This document shows, one piece after another, positions 29,360 through 38,675 of a DNA stretch of 58,570 bases. The notes beneath the pieces were generated by a model. It saw only the letters and a list, made by a program, of their open reading frames with translations. It did no database searches and had not been told where the DNA came from. The DNA comes from Bacteroidota bacterium. GTDB lineage: Bacteria > Bacteroidota > Bacteroidia > UKL13-3. The first letter of the stretch is position 1. Each line of letters starts with the position of its first letter. The stretch covers positions 1 to 58,570 of the forward strand of contig JAIYDG010000525.1 in assembly GCA_027487625.1 (NCBI GenBank). Direction: 5' to 3'. Position numbers and translations under genes: made by a program.

Positions 29360-30357
29360 GTAAATCAGTAAAAAATATAATTCAATATGCCATTATCCTC
29401 GGAATTGGCGGAGTATTTTTGTTTTATGTTTTTAATGGAATTGATTGGTCAGATCAATTGCAAAGAATAAAATCAGCTAATCCTTATTGGCTCACTTTAG
29501 GAATGAGTATTTCTCTTCTAAGTCACTGGTTTAGAGCATATAGAGCCACGATGTTGTATGATGCTTTGAATTATAAAATCAGTACAAAAAATAGCATTTA
29601 TGCAGTTTTAATTGGATACTTGGTAAATTATTTCATTCCACGAGCAGGCGAAGTTTCAAGATGCGCAGCTCTATCCAAAACTGATGGAATTCCAATGGAG
29701 AAGTCATTAGGTTCTGTTGTTACCGAAAGAGTTGTAGACATGTTTATTCTATTGATTATTCTTCTTGTAATTGTTGTTTTACAAATCGATTTGATAAAGC
29801 AGTTTGTAGAATCTTATTCAGGTGTAAATCAGCAATCAGCTTCGTTTGGTACATTAAAATTTGTGATACTTGGTGTTTTAGTTGCAGGACTTGCTGCAAT
29901 TTATTTTTTTAGAAAAAGAATTTCGGGATTTCCTTTGGTTCAAAGATTTATACTGCTTTTAAAAGGATTTGGTGAAGGCTTGCTAAGTATTAAAGATGTT
30001 AAAAACCCAATTTTATTTGTAATCCTATCAATTCTTATTTGGGTTGGATACATATTTATGATGTATTTCTGCCTTTTTGCTTTGGAATCAACAGCTAGTT
30101 TAAGTTTTGTTGATTGTTTAACTGTTTTTGCAATAGGTACAATTGGTGTTGTTTTACCAGCTCCTGGAGCTGGAGCCGGAACCTATCACTTTTTCGTTAT
30201 GCAATCCCTTCTTTTATTTGGAGTTCAAAAAGAAGATGGTATTGCCTATGCAACATTGGTGCATGGGACACAAATGGTTTTTTTAATTGCATTCGGATTA
30301 ATAGCTTCTTTCATCGTTTTTTTAAAAAAGAAAAATACAGTTCATGAACAAGTTTAA
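29356..30357 (+). CDS. Flippase-like / lysylphosphatidylglycerol-synthase TM-region family membrane protein (UPF0104)
   Basis: 333 aa with about 8 TM segments and the family motif [17 protein letters not shown] start at 29356 overlaps the panD stop. The next in-frame Met would delete the first TM segment. Confidence 0.75.
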   Translation: MSKSVKNIIQYAIILGIGGVFLFYVFNGIDWSDQLQRIKSANPYWLTLGMSISLLSHWFRAYRATMLYDALNYKISTKNSIYAVLIGYLVNYFIPRAGEVSRCAALSKTDGIPMEKSLGSVVTERVVDMFILLIILLVIVVLQIDLIKQFVESYSGVNQQSASFGTLKFVILGVLVAGLAAIYFFRKRISGFPLVQRFILLLKGFGEGLLSIKDVKNPILFVILSILIWVGYIFMMYFCLFALESTASLSFVDCLTVFAIGTIGVVLPAPGAGAGTYHFFVMQSLLLFGVQKEDGIAYATLVHGTQMVFLIAFGLIASFIVFLKKKNTVHEQV

Positions 30358-30838
30358 TCAGGTTCAAAATAAAATTCATACCAATGAATCTCTTAAAAAA
30401 CAATTGGTTGAGTGGGAAATGACCGGGGAGAAAATTGTTTTTACAAATGGATGTTTCGATTTATTACATAAAGGCCACGTTGATTATTTAGCAAAAGCTT
30501 CCGATTTAGGAACCAAATTGGTTTTGGGCTTAAATACCGATGAATCTGTTAGTAAATTAAAGGGCCCACATCGCCCCATTCAGGATGAAAGTTCTCGTTT
30601 ACAGGTAATTGCATCTTTGGGTTTTGTAGATGCTGTTGTTTTATTTGGAGAAGAAACTCCTTATGAACTAATTAAACTAGTTCAGCCTGATGTTTTAGTA
30701 AAGGGAAGTGATTATAAACCTGAAGACATTGTTGGATATGATGTGGTAATGTCAAAAAACGGAGAAGTAAGAACAATTGATTTTATTCCGGGTTATTCTA
30801 CTTCAGCTATAGAGAAAAAGATAAAATTGGCTTTTTGA
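30344..30838 (+). CDS. rfaE2: D-glycero-beta-D-manno-heptose 1-phosphate adenylyltransferase (RfaE domain II-type cytidylyltransferase)
   Basis: 164 aa. Nucleotidyltransferase motif VFTNGCFDLLHKGHVDYL, then LNTDESV and VKGSDY. It overlaps the upstream gene by 14 nt. Confidence 0.85.
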   Translation: MNKFNQVQNKIHTNESLKKQLVEWEMTGEKIVFTNGCFDLLHKGHVDYLAKASDLGTKLVLGLNTDESVSKLKGPHRPIQDESSRLQVIASLGFVDAVVLFGEETPYELIKLVQPDVLVKGSDYKPEDIVGYDVVMSKNGEVRTIDFIPGYSTSAIEKKIKLAF

Positions 30839-30907
30839 GGTAAATCTTTTTAGATTAACTTCATCAATTCAAAAAAAAGATATATTCGCATTGTAAACCT
30901 ACCAATT

Positions 30908-32047
30908 ATGAATTTTGATTTAACAGAGGAACATTTGAATGTTCAACAAGCTGCAAGAGATTTTGCTCAAACCGAATTATTACCGGGTGTTATTGAAAGA
31001 GATAACAACCAAGAATTCCCTTACGAACAAATTAAGAAATTAGGTGAATTAGGGTTTTTAGGTATGATGGTTGATCCAAAATATGGAGGAAGTGGAATGG
31101 ATACCATTTCTTATGTATTAGCTATGGAAGAATTATCAAAGGTTGATGCATCAGCTTCTGTTGTTGTTTCTGTGAATAATTCATTGGTTTGTTGGGGTTT
31201 AGAGGAATATGGTACTGAAGAACAAAAACAAAAGTACTTGGTTCCAATGGCTTCAGGAAAATGCCATGGTGCATTTTTGTTATCTGAACCTGAAGCTGGT
31301 AGTGATGCAACTTCTCAAAGAACAACTGCTATTGATATGGGTGACCATTATTTAATGAATGGAACCAAAAACTGGATTACCAATGGAAATTCAGGTACCT
31401 ATTATTTAGTAATTGCACAAACTCATGTAGATAAAGGACATAAAGGTATCAATGCTTTTATTGTTGAAAAGGGTTGGGAAGGTGTTGTAGTTGGTAAAAA
31501 GGAAGATAAAATGGGTATCCGTGGTAGTGATACACATAGTATTATGTTTCAGGATGTAAAAGTTCCAAAAGAAAACAGAATCGGTGAAGATGGATTTGGT
31601 TTCAAATTCGCGATGAAAGTTTTGGCCGGAGGTAGAATTGGTATTGCTTCACAAGCATTAGGTATTGCTAGTGGTGCTTACGAATTGGCAGTAAAATATG
31701 CTAAAGAACGTAAAGCATTCGGTAAAGAAATCATGCATCACCAAGCTATTCAGTTTAAATTGGCTGATATGGCAACTCAAATTGAAGCAGCTAGATTATT
31801 GTGTTTAAAAGCGGCTTATTTAAAAGATACACATCAGGATTATGCATTAGTTAGTTCTATGGCGAAAGTTTTCGCTTCTGAAACAGCAATGTGGGTAACA
31901 ACCGAAGCCGTTCAAGTGCATGGTGGTTATGGATACGTTAAAGAATACCATGTAGAAAGATTAATGCGTGATGCGAAAATCACTCAGATTTATGAAGGAA
32001 CTAGTGAGGTACAAAGAATTGTTATTTCAAGAGAAGTTTTGAAGTAA
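30908..32047 (+). CDS. Acyl-CoA dehydrogenase (short/medium-chain type)
   Basis: 379 aa. ACAD blocks are GAFLLSEPEAGSDA, WITNG, QVHGGYGY and YEGTSEVQR. Confidence 0.94.
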   Translation: MNFDLTEEHLNVQQAARDFAQTELLPGVIERDNNQEFPYEQIKKLGELGFLGMMVDPKYGGSGMDTISYVLAMEELSKVDASASVVVSVNNSLVCWGLEEYGTEEQKQKYLVPMASGKCHGAFLLSEPEAGSDATSQRTTAIDMGDHYLMNGTKNWITNGNSGTYYLVIAQTHVDKGHKGINAFIVEKGWEGVVVGKKEDKMGIRGSDTHSIMFQDVKVPKENRIGEDGFGFKFAMKVLAGGRIGIASQALGIASGAYELAVKYAKERKAFGKEIMHHQAIQFKLADMATQIEAARLLCLKAAYLKDTHQDYALVSSMAKVFASETAMWVTTEAVQVHGGYGYVKEYHVERLMRDAKITQIYEGTSEVQRIVISREVLK

Positions 32048-32068
32048 AAACCTACTTTAAATGTATAA

Positions 32069-32100
32069 AAAAGGCTCGTCTCATACAGACGGGCCTTTTT
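32069..32100 (+). terminator. Rho-independent terminator after the acyl-CoA dehydrogenase gene
   Basis: Stem aaaaggctcgtc / gacgggcctttt with one G.U wobble, a 7-nt loop and a T5 tail. It lies 22 nt after the stop. Confidence 0.8.
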
Positions 32101-32220
32101 ACTTATTAAGTGGTAAGTAAAAGCGGGTTTTGGTGTTTGGACAGCAGTTTTTTTGCTATAAATTGCGGTATATCTGATATTTAATTAATAAAGTATTAAG
32201 TACATTTAAATGTTCCAAAT

Positions 32221-32580
32221 ATGAAAACAACAATTACTAAAACCACCCAAGTTTCTACCCAAGCTAAATCAGCAAACGAACAGGTTTCTTTAAACAAACC
32301 TTATGTTTTGTGGTCGAAAACCAGCAAAGTAGATTTATTAAGTTTAGAAGTAATAGATGGTTTTCTTAGAGACCATATGATGTTACATTTTTCAAAACAA
32401 AGAAAAGAGTCAGAAACCTTAATTGTTGAATTTGAAAGAGTTAGGTCTTCCAAATTAAACAACTATTTTAGTGGTGAAATTCTTCAGGAATTGGCTGGAT
32501 TAAAATCATTGGTAGTTCACATTTTAGAAAATAAAACGCTAATTTCGGAAACTATCATTCCTATAAATGAATTAAATTAA
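32221..32580 (+). CDS. Hypothetical small protein (no signal peptide), first gene of the surface locus
   Basis: 119-aa ORF with no motif I recognise. The stop lies 4 nt before the giant-protein ATG. Coding status is supported only by length and position. Confidence 0.5.
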   Translation: MKTTITKTTQVSTQAKSANEQVSLNKPYVLWSKTSKVDLLSLEVIDGFLRDHMMLHFSKQRKESETLIVEFERVRSSKLNNYFSGEILQELAGLKSLVVHILENKTLISETIIPINELN

Positions 32581-32584
32581 AAAT

Positions 32585-35500
32585 ATGAAAAGAATATTAC
32601 TCTTATTACTTATTGGGATTGGAATAATTGGGCGAGTTAACGCCCAATTTGGTTTTGATACCTACAATGTTGCGGACGGTGAAATTAATTCCACTTACCA
32701 TGATGTTTCAGCAAACAGAATGTATGTAGCTGGTGATTTCAAGGCATTTGGAGACACCTCTTCTGCTGGTTTTGCTGCATTAAATACAACAAGCGGAGCC
32801 TTAATTAAAAACAGTATTCCTGACATAAATGGACAGGTTAACAAAATTGTTTCAGATGGTTCAACCGGTTTTTTTATAGCTGGTAATTTTACTCAAGTTG
32901 GCTCATTAAATAGAAATTATGTGGCACACATCTTGGCTTCTGGTCAGGTAGATCCCAATTTTAATGCAGCAATTGATACGAAATTAGGGGGCTCAGCTAA
33001 AAGTTTAGCTTATTCTGCTAATGGTTTAGTAATTATTGGGAATTTTAATTCCGTAGCAGGAAGTACCAGAAATGGTATTGTTATGGTAACTCCTTCAAAT
33101 GGTTCACTAAAAACACATTTTGCTCCTAATATTTCAGGATCAATAAATGAAGTTCTTTATCATAATAGTTTACTTTTTATTGCCGGTAGTTATACTTTAC
33201 TCAACTCGAATGGAAGTTCTACTGGTAGAACTAATTTTTGTGCTTACAGTGTAAATGCAAACTCATCTACTTTACAGGTAACAAGTTTTAATCTTTCGTT
33301 TCAAACCGGAGGAGTAGTTCATACAATGGCAATTTCTCCTGGTGCAAATCCAGCTTTGTTTTTAGGGGGTAATTTCACTTTAACAAGTAATCCTGCTTTA
33401 ACTAAATTAATATCAGTTAATTTGCAATCAGGTACTTTAAATTCAAATTTTTTACCAGCAGTAAATGGAGAAGTATTGGCCCTAGCAATTCCTTTTGCCA
33501 ATTATATTTTAGTTGGAGGAAATTTTTCAAGTGCGGGTGGTGTTTCAAGAAGTTTTTTTACAGTATTATCTCCGGGAGGACAAGCATATTCATCTACAGC
33601 ATATAATGTGAATCCAAATGGAGGAGTTGGAAATATTACTTTTGCTTCAAGAGGAACTAATAATTGTTTAATAACAATTTCAGGTGCTTTTAGCAGCATT
33701 AATAGTACTACTGACCCCGCAACTCGTTATACTGCATGTTATGATTTGACAAGTACAGGCGGATTTACTTTTAATGCAGCTTATACAAATGGATTTTCTG
33801 GCGCTGTAAGTACAAGTTTTTTATCAAACAATAAGTTAATTTTTGGTGGAATTTTTCTATTTGCTGGAGGTATTAGATGCCCGCATTTAGCAGTTTTTAC
33901 GAATACAGGACAAATATTAAATACCTTAAATCCTACATATTTATATAGAACAAGTGCTTCACTTTCTATAAAATCAATTGCAAATATTGGTACTAATATT
34001 TATTTAGGAGGTAGATTTTTATCTAATAGTTTTGGAGGAAGAAATAATTTACTAAAGATATCTAAAACTACCGGTGCAATTGATTTAAATTTTTTCCAAA
34101 CCGCTGCTTCTTTGAGTAGCTCAATAAATGTTTTAAAGGCTGATGGAAATAACCTATACTTAGGTGGAGAATTTATAACTCTTGGAATTAGCAGTCAAAA
34201 TTTAACTAGACAAAGATTTGCGGCAATTAATACTGCTAACAACACAGTTTTGCCTTCAGTAAATTTTTCAGGTCCTGTAACTACTATTGCTATTGGTACT
34301 AACCATGTTTTTGTTGGAGGTTCGTTTAATTCCATCATTGCAACAGATTACCTGAACAATTTGGCTAGATTGCAAAAAACAAACTTATCAATAGCTGTAA
34401 GTACAAAATTTTTATTAGCTACTCCAAATACTTCTATGAGTCACAATAACATTAGAGATTTGAGTATTGTATATGGTGATTTATATTTAGGTGATGGAAG
34501 TATATACTATCAGTATGACCAATCAAACTTATTAATGAAAGCTATTTATAGGCCTACGAATTTTCAAAGTTTTACTGCAGTAAGGTCCATAATTCCAACA
34601 AGTTCAAATCAATTTGTAACTGATATCAATAATGGAAGTTGGTTTAAATCATTATTTATTGGAACAAACACACCTATTAATTCTTCTTATTATTCCGTGA
34701 GTCCAGTGAGTCAGGCCGCTGCTTTTGGATGGGATTTTAAATTATTATCTTATACTGCCTCAAATAACAAGGTGTTAGGAACTGTTTATTTTTCAAAGGG
34801 CGGTCAAGCAGGTTATAAATTAGTTTCATTTGTAGCACAGAATCCAACTGCTCCAAGTGCACCTAGTGTTTCTGCAAGCAATTTGAGTTTTCAATCAACA
34901 ATAAACTCTATTACAATAAATTGGACTAAGGGTAATGGAACAAAAAGAATTGTATTGGCTAAAAAGGGAGGAATTCCAACAGCACCAACATCATTGCCAG
35001 CTGGTGTTTTAGGAAATGCATCTTTTGGTAATGGTACAAATTTGGGTAATGGAACCTATGTAGTTTATGATGGAGATGGACAATCATGTACAATAAATAA
35101 TTTATGGATTAATAGTTTATATGGCTTTCGTGTAATAGAATACAATGAAAACTCTTGGGTTAGAACTTATAGATTAACTGCTACACCATCTGGTTCGGCT
35201 TCAACTTTAGATTATACTACACCAACAATTACCTCTAGTAATTTGGTTTTAAATTCGATTAATACCAATTCAGCTTCTTTTAGCTGGAGCAATGGAAATG
35301 GAGATAGCAGATTGTTTTTAATCAAAAGGAACAGTCCTATTACTTTTACTCCTGTTAATGGCAATTCATATTTTTCAAACAGTACATCTTCTGATGGAAC
35401 TATTATTGTTAACTCAAGCGCTTCATTATCGCAAGTAGCCTCTAATTTGATACCAGGTTCAACCTATTATGTTAGAATAATTGAATACAATGGAAATGGT

Positions 35501-38500
35501 GTAAGTGCTAGGTATTTAAACTCAAATACTACGAATACAATAGTTAATACAACTAGTTTTGCAGCAACTCCAACACTTCCATCTTCTGCAATTAATGTGA
35601 CTCCTTCAATAAATTCAGCAGACATAAATTGGGTTAGAGGTAATGGTGGTCGTTCAATTGTTCTTGTTTCAAAAGTTGCAAATAGTCCTTCATTTGGAAC
35701 TTCAGCAATTAATTTAGTAAATGGAACTTCATATTTACCAATGCCAAGCTTATCAAGCACTATTACCGGAGGTTTTGTAAATTATAATGTTTCTGGTATT
35801 AACTACACTAGCCAAGTGGTTTATTTAGGCACTGGAAACTCTGTTGCAATTTCTAGTTTACAACCAAATTCAATTTACCGTGTAGCAGTATGTGAAGTAA
35901 ATGGTGGTGGTTTTAATGGTACAGGACAATTAGCATATTTAACTAATCCCCGTCCAATTGCAACATTTACTACCTTACCTCAAATATTTGCTCCAAGTAT
36001 TATTCCAACTTCACATAATTCAGTTGTAAGCCAGGAAGATGCTAATTTAAATTGGGCTGGTGGAAATGGAACTCATAGTTTGGTTGTTATGAAAAAAGAA
36101 GCTCCTGTTTCAATCATTCCAACTGATAATAATATTTATACGCCACAAAATTCTTTTGGCACCGGAACTCAATTAGGAGTAGGAAATTATTCGGTTTATT
36201 CTTCAACTAGTCAGGGTTTTGTAAATGTACAAAACTTAGAGCCTGATGTTGAATACCACTTTGCTATATATGAATACAACCAAAACGGAGCAATCGTAAA
36301 ATATAATACCAATCCTTACAGAGGAATCTTTAGAACTTCAAAATCTTGGCCAGTTAAAGCTGGTGGTTCTAATAAAGATGCTGGTGGTGGTGTAACAACA
36401 GATGCTTCAGGAAATGTATATGTAGTTGGTTCTTTTGAAAATTCAGCCTCATGGGGTACAAGAACTATTGTTTCTAATGGTGGTAATGATATTTTCATGA
36501 CCAAATATTCTCCAAATGGAAAAGTACTTTGGGCAGTTAATCAAGGTGGTGCAGACCCTGATGCAGCTTCTTCTGTTGCAATAGATGCAGCTGGAAATGT
36601 TATTATGACAGGAAGTTTTAGAGGTACTGGTACATTTGGAACAGGGAATTCTTACATAAGTTCGGGTCTTGATGATATTTTCATTTCAAAATTAGATCCA
36701 AGTGGAAATGTTATCTGGAGTAAAAAAGCAGGTGGAACTGATCAGGATGTTGCATTGGCTATTACTACTGATAATTTAAATAACATTTATATCGCTGGTT
36801 ACTTTAAAGGAATACTAACTTTCCCAGGTACTTCTACATCATTAACTGGTGCTGGTGGTACTGATGCATTTTTGGCTAAATATGATTCCAATGGAAATCT
36901 TATTTGGGCAAAATCTGCTGGGGGTACAGGAAATGATTTTGCACATGGAATTGCATTAAATGGGGGCAATGTTGCTATGGTTGGCCAATTCGATTTAACT
37001 GGAAATTTCTCAGGAACAAACTTAATTAGTGCAGGTAGTTCTGATGCTTTTATAGCGGAATATGGAACTTCTACAGGAAATATGAATTGGGCAAGCAAAA
37101 TAGGAGGTACTGGTGCTGATATAGGTTTTGCCATTACTTCTGCAAATAATTCGTATGTTATAACAGGTCAGTTTTCAAATTCAATTTCAATTGGCTCAAG
37201 TAATTTTATTAGTGCAGGAAACTCTGATGTGTTTATTTGTAGATATAACTCAAGTGGTGTTCCTGTTTGGGCTACAAAAGCTGGTGGAGTTTCACAAGAT
37301 GCTGGTCGTGGTATTGCAATAAATAGCTTAGGAGATAAAGTATTTGTTACAGGAAGTTTTGCTGAAACTGCTAATTTCGGATCAACTAGTTTATCAAGTT
37401 TTGGTAATTTAGATGTATTTGTTACCACAGTTGATTTCACTACTGGTGATATTGAAACTGTTTACCAGAATGGCGGTCCTGCAGATGATGAAGCAAGAGG
37501 AATTACTGCCGGAACTACAAATACAAGCTTTATAACAGGTTACTTCAATGGTCAAGGTGCTTTCGGTAATGTTGATTTAACTAGTGCAGGCGATTGGGAT
37601 ATTTTTGTACATAAATTTACTTTGATAGTAGGTTCTAATTTGCAAAATGGATTAGTTGCCTGGTACAAAATGAACGGAAATGCTAATGATGCCTCAGGTA
37701 ATGGTAATAATGGAGTTGCTCAAAATCTGACTTCAACTTCAGATAGAAGTAACGCTGTTAATAAAGCATATTCGTTTAATCCTAGTGCAACAACTGTTGA
37801 AGTTTTAGGTGTCAATCCAGTTGATGTTGCTGGAACAGCAACTACTAATAATTCTACTTATACTGTTTGGTTAAAAACTGCACCAGATTTTGCGAATTCA
37901 AATATTCCAAAACCAATTTTCACTACAGCAATAGATGGTTTTGAATATAGAAGTATTTCATTATCAGATATTGGTTCTGTAAACTATTCATTTTTCAATG
38001 CAAGTTCAGGAACTCAGATAGATATGATTTCAGCAAATCCAATTCAGGACAATTCATGGCATCATTTAGCTGTTGTTTACAAAGCTGGTTTAGAAGTTAT
38101 ATTCTATCTTGATGGAATTGAGTTTGGTAGAACTGGTTTAACTAGTTTTGAACCTGAAACTTTCTTAGGTACAAATTGGAATATTGGTAGCTTAACAACT
38201 ATCGATAGATTAAATCCAATTTATTCATTCAATGGTTCTCTTGATGATATGAGAATTTACAGACGTGCTTTATCAAGTTCAGAAATCAATGAAATTAAAA
38301 ATTTAAGTGCATTAAATTCAATAGTTGAAAATTCTGATAAATCTAATAAAGCTCCTTTAGATAATATTTCAATGTATCCGAATCCAAGTACAGGTAAAGT
38401 TTATTTAAATCTTGGAAGGGCTGCTAAAACTGTTGATGTATCTATTTTAGACTTATCTGGTAAAGTTTTATTCAATCAAAATTATCCTGAAGTTGCAGAT

Positions 38501-38605
38501 GGTTTAATTCAATTTAACGCATCTGATTTAGGTTCTGGTTTATATATAGTTCGCGTTGAAGAGAATGGTGAAGTTTCTACCAAGAAATTAATTATTTCTA
38601 AATAA
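32585..38605 (+). CDS. Giant T9SS-secreted surface protein: delta-60/DUF5122-like propeller repeats + 4 FN3-like modules + 7-blade SBBP propeller + LamG + T9SS CTD
   Basis: 2006 aa with signal peptide MKRILLLLLIGIGIIGRVNAQ.
- About 32650-34840: some 12 repeats of the type (Y/F)(I/L)GGxFxxxGxxxRxxxA.
- About 34845-36330: four modules (NWTKGNGTKRIVLAKKG, SWSNGNGDSRLFLIKRN, NWVRGNGGRSIVLVSKV, NWAGGNGTHSLVVMKKE).
- About 36355-37622: seven SBBP blades (GG.D.A.GI..D..GNVY..G.F......G...D.F..KY...G..W).
- About 37649-38300: LamG (LVAWYKMNGNANDASGNGNNG ... DDMRIYRRALSSSEI).
- 38372-38602: CTD (MYPNPSTGKVYLNL...GLYIVRVEENG). Confidence 0.9.
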   Translation: MKRILLLLLIGIGIIGRVNAQFGFDTYNVADGEINSTYHDVSANRMYVAGDFKAFGDTSSAGFAALNTTSGALIKNSIPDINGQVNKIVSDGSTGFFIAGNFTQVGSLNRNYVAHILASGQVDPNFNAAIDTKLGGSAKSLAYSANGLVIIGNFNSVAGSTRNGIVMVTPSNGSLKTHFAPNISGSINEVLYHNSLLFIAGSYTLLNSNGSSTGRTNFCAYSVNANSSTLQVTSFNLSFQTGGVVHTMAISPGANPALFLGGNFTLTSNPALTKLISVNLQSGTLNSNFLPAVNGEVLALAIPFANYILVGGNFSSAGGVSRSFFTVLSPGGQAYSSTAYNVNPNGGVGNITFASRGTNNCLITISGAFSSINSTTDPATRYTACYDLTSTGGFTFNAAYTNGFSGAVSTSFLSNNKLIFGGIFLFAGGIRCPHLAVFTNTGQILNTLNPTYLYRTSASLSIKSIANIGTNIYLGGRFLSNSFGGRNNLLKISKTTGAIDLNFFQTAASLSSSINVLKADGNNLYLGGEFITLGISSQNLTRQRFAAINTANNTVLPSVNFSGPVTTIAIGTNHVFVGGSFNSIIATDYLNNLARLQKTNLSIAVSTKFLLATPNTSMSHNNIRDLSIVYGDLYLGDGSIYYQYDQSNLLMKAIYRPTNFQSFTAVRSIIPTSSNQFVTDINNGSWFKSLFIGTNTPINSSYYSVSPVSQAAAFGWDFKLLSYTASNNKVLGTVYFSKGGQAGYKLVSFVAQNPTAPSAPSVSASNLSFQSTINSITINWTKGNGTKRIVLAKKGGIPTAPTSLPAGVLGNASFGNGTNLGNGTYVVYDGDGQSCTINNLWINSLYGFRVIEYNENSWVRTYRLTATPSGSASTLDYTTPTITSSNLVLNSINTNSASFSWSNGNGDSRLFLIKRNSPITFTPVNGNSYFSNSTSSDGTIIVNSSASLSQVASNLIPGSTYYVRIIEYNGNGVSARYLNSNTTNTIVNTTSFAATPTLPSSAINVTPSINSADINWVRGNGGRSIVLVSKVANSPSFGTSAINLVNGTSYLPMPSLSSTITGGFVNYNVSGINYTSQVVYLGTGNSVAISSLQPNSIYRVAVCEVNGGGFNGTGQLAYLTNPRPIATFTTLPQIFAPSIIPTSHNSVVSQEDANLNWAGGNGTHSLVVMKKEAPVSIIPTDNNIYTPQNSFGTGTQLGVGNYSVYSSTSQGFVNVQNLEPDVEYHFAIYEYNQNGAIVKYNTNPYRGIFRTSKSWPVKAGGSNKDAGGGVTTDASGNVYVVGSFENSASWGTRTIVSNGGNDIFMTKYSPNGKVLWAVNQGGADPDAASSVAIDAAGNVIMTGSFRGTGTFGTGNSYISSGLDDIFISKLDPSGNVIWSKKAGGTDQDVALAITTDNLNNIYIAGYFKGILTFPGTSTSLTGAGGTDAFLAKYDSNGNLIWAKSAGGTGNDFAHGIALNGGNVAMVGQFDLTGNFSGTNLISAGSSDAFIAEYGTSTGNMNWASKIGGTGADIGFAITSANNSYVITGQFSNSISIGSSNFISAGNSDVFICRYNSSGVPVWATKAGGVSQDAGRGIAINSLGDKVFVTGSFAETANFGSTSLSSFGNLDVFVTTVDFTTGDIETVYQNGGPADDEARGITAGTTNTSFITGYFNGQGAFGNVDLTSAGDWDIFVHKFTLIVGSNLQNGLVAWYKMNGNANDASGNGNNGVAQNLTSTSDRSNAVNKAYSFNPSATTVEVLGVNPVDVAGTATTNNSTYTVWLKTAPDFANSNIPKPIFTTAIDGFEYRSISLSDIGSVNYSFFNASSGTQIDMISANPIQDNSWHHLAVVYKAGLEVIFYLDGIEFGRTGLTSFEPETFLGTNWNIGSLTTIDRLNPIYSFNGSLDDMRIYRRALSSSEINEIKNLSALNSIVENSDKSNKAPLDNISMYPNPSTGKVYLNLGRAAKTVDVSILDLSGKVLFNQNYPEVADGLIQFNASDLGSGLYIVRVEENGEVSTKKLIISK

Positions 38606-38615
38606 ACCTTTTTTA

Positions 38616-38655
38616 GAAGTCAAAAACTCATCTTGAGTTTTTGACTTCTTTTTTT
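38616..38655 (+). terminator. Strong Rho-independent terminator between the two giant genes
   Basis: Perfect 15-bp stem gaagtcaaaaactca / tgagtttttgacttc with a 3-nt loop and a T7 tail. It starts 10 nt after the stop of gene 1 and ends 20 nt before the ATG of gene 2. Confidence 0.85.
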
Positions 38656-38675
38656 AATTTTTAATCCAATTTGCA

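Noticed and set aside
32101-32220. Possible invertible promoter (inverted-repeat-flanked switch) upstream of the adhesin locus
   Set aside because: Only a trivial 5-bp palindrome (ACTTA-T-TAAGT) is present. There are no long flanking inverted repeats and no nearby recombinase gene.
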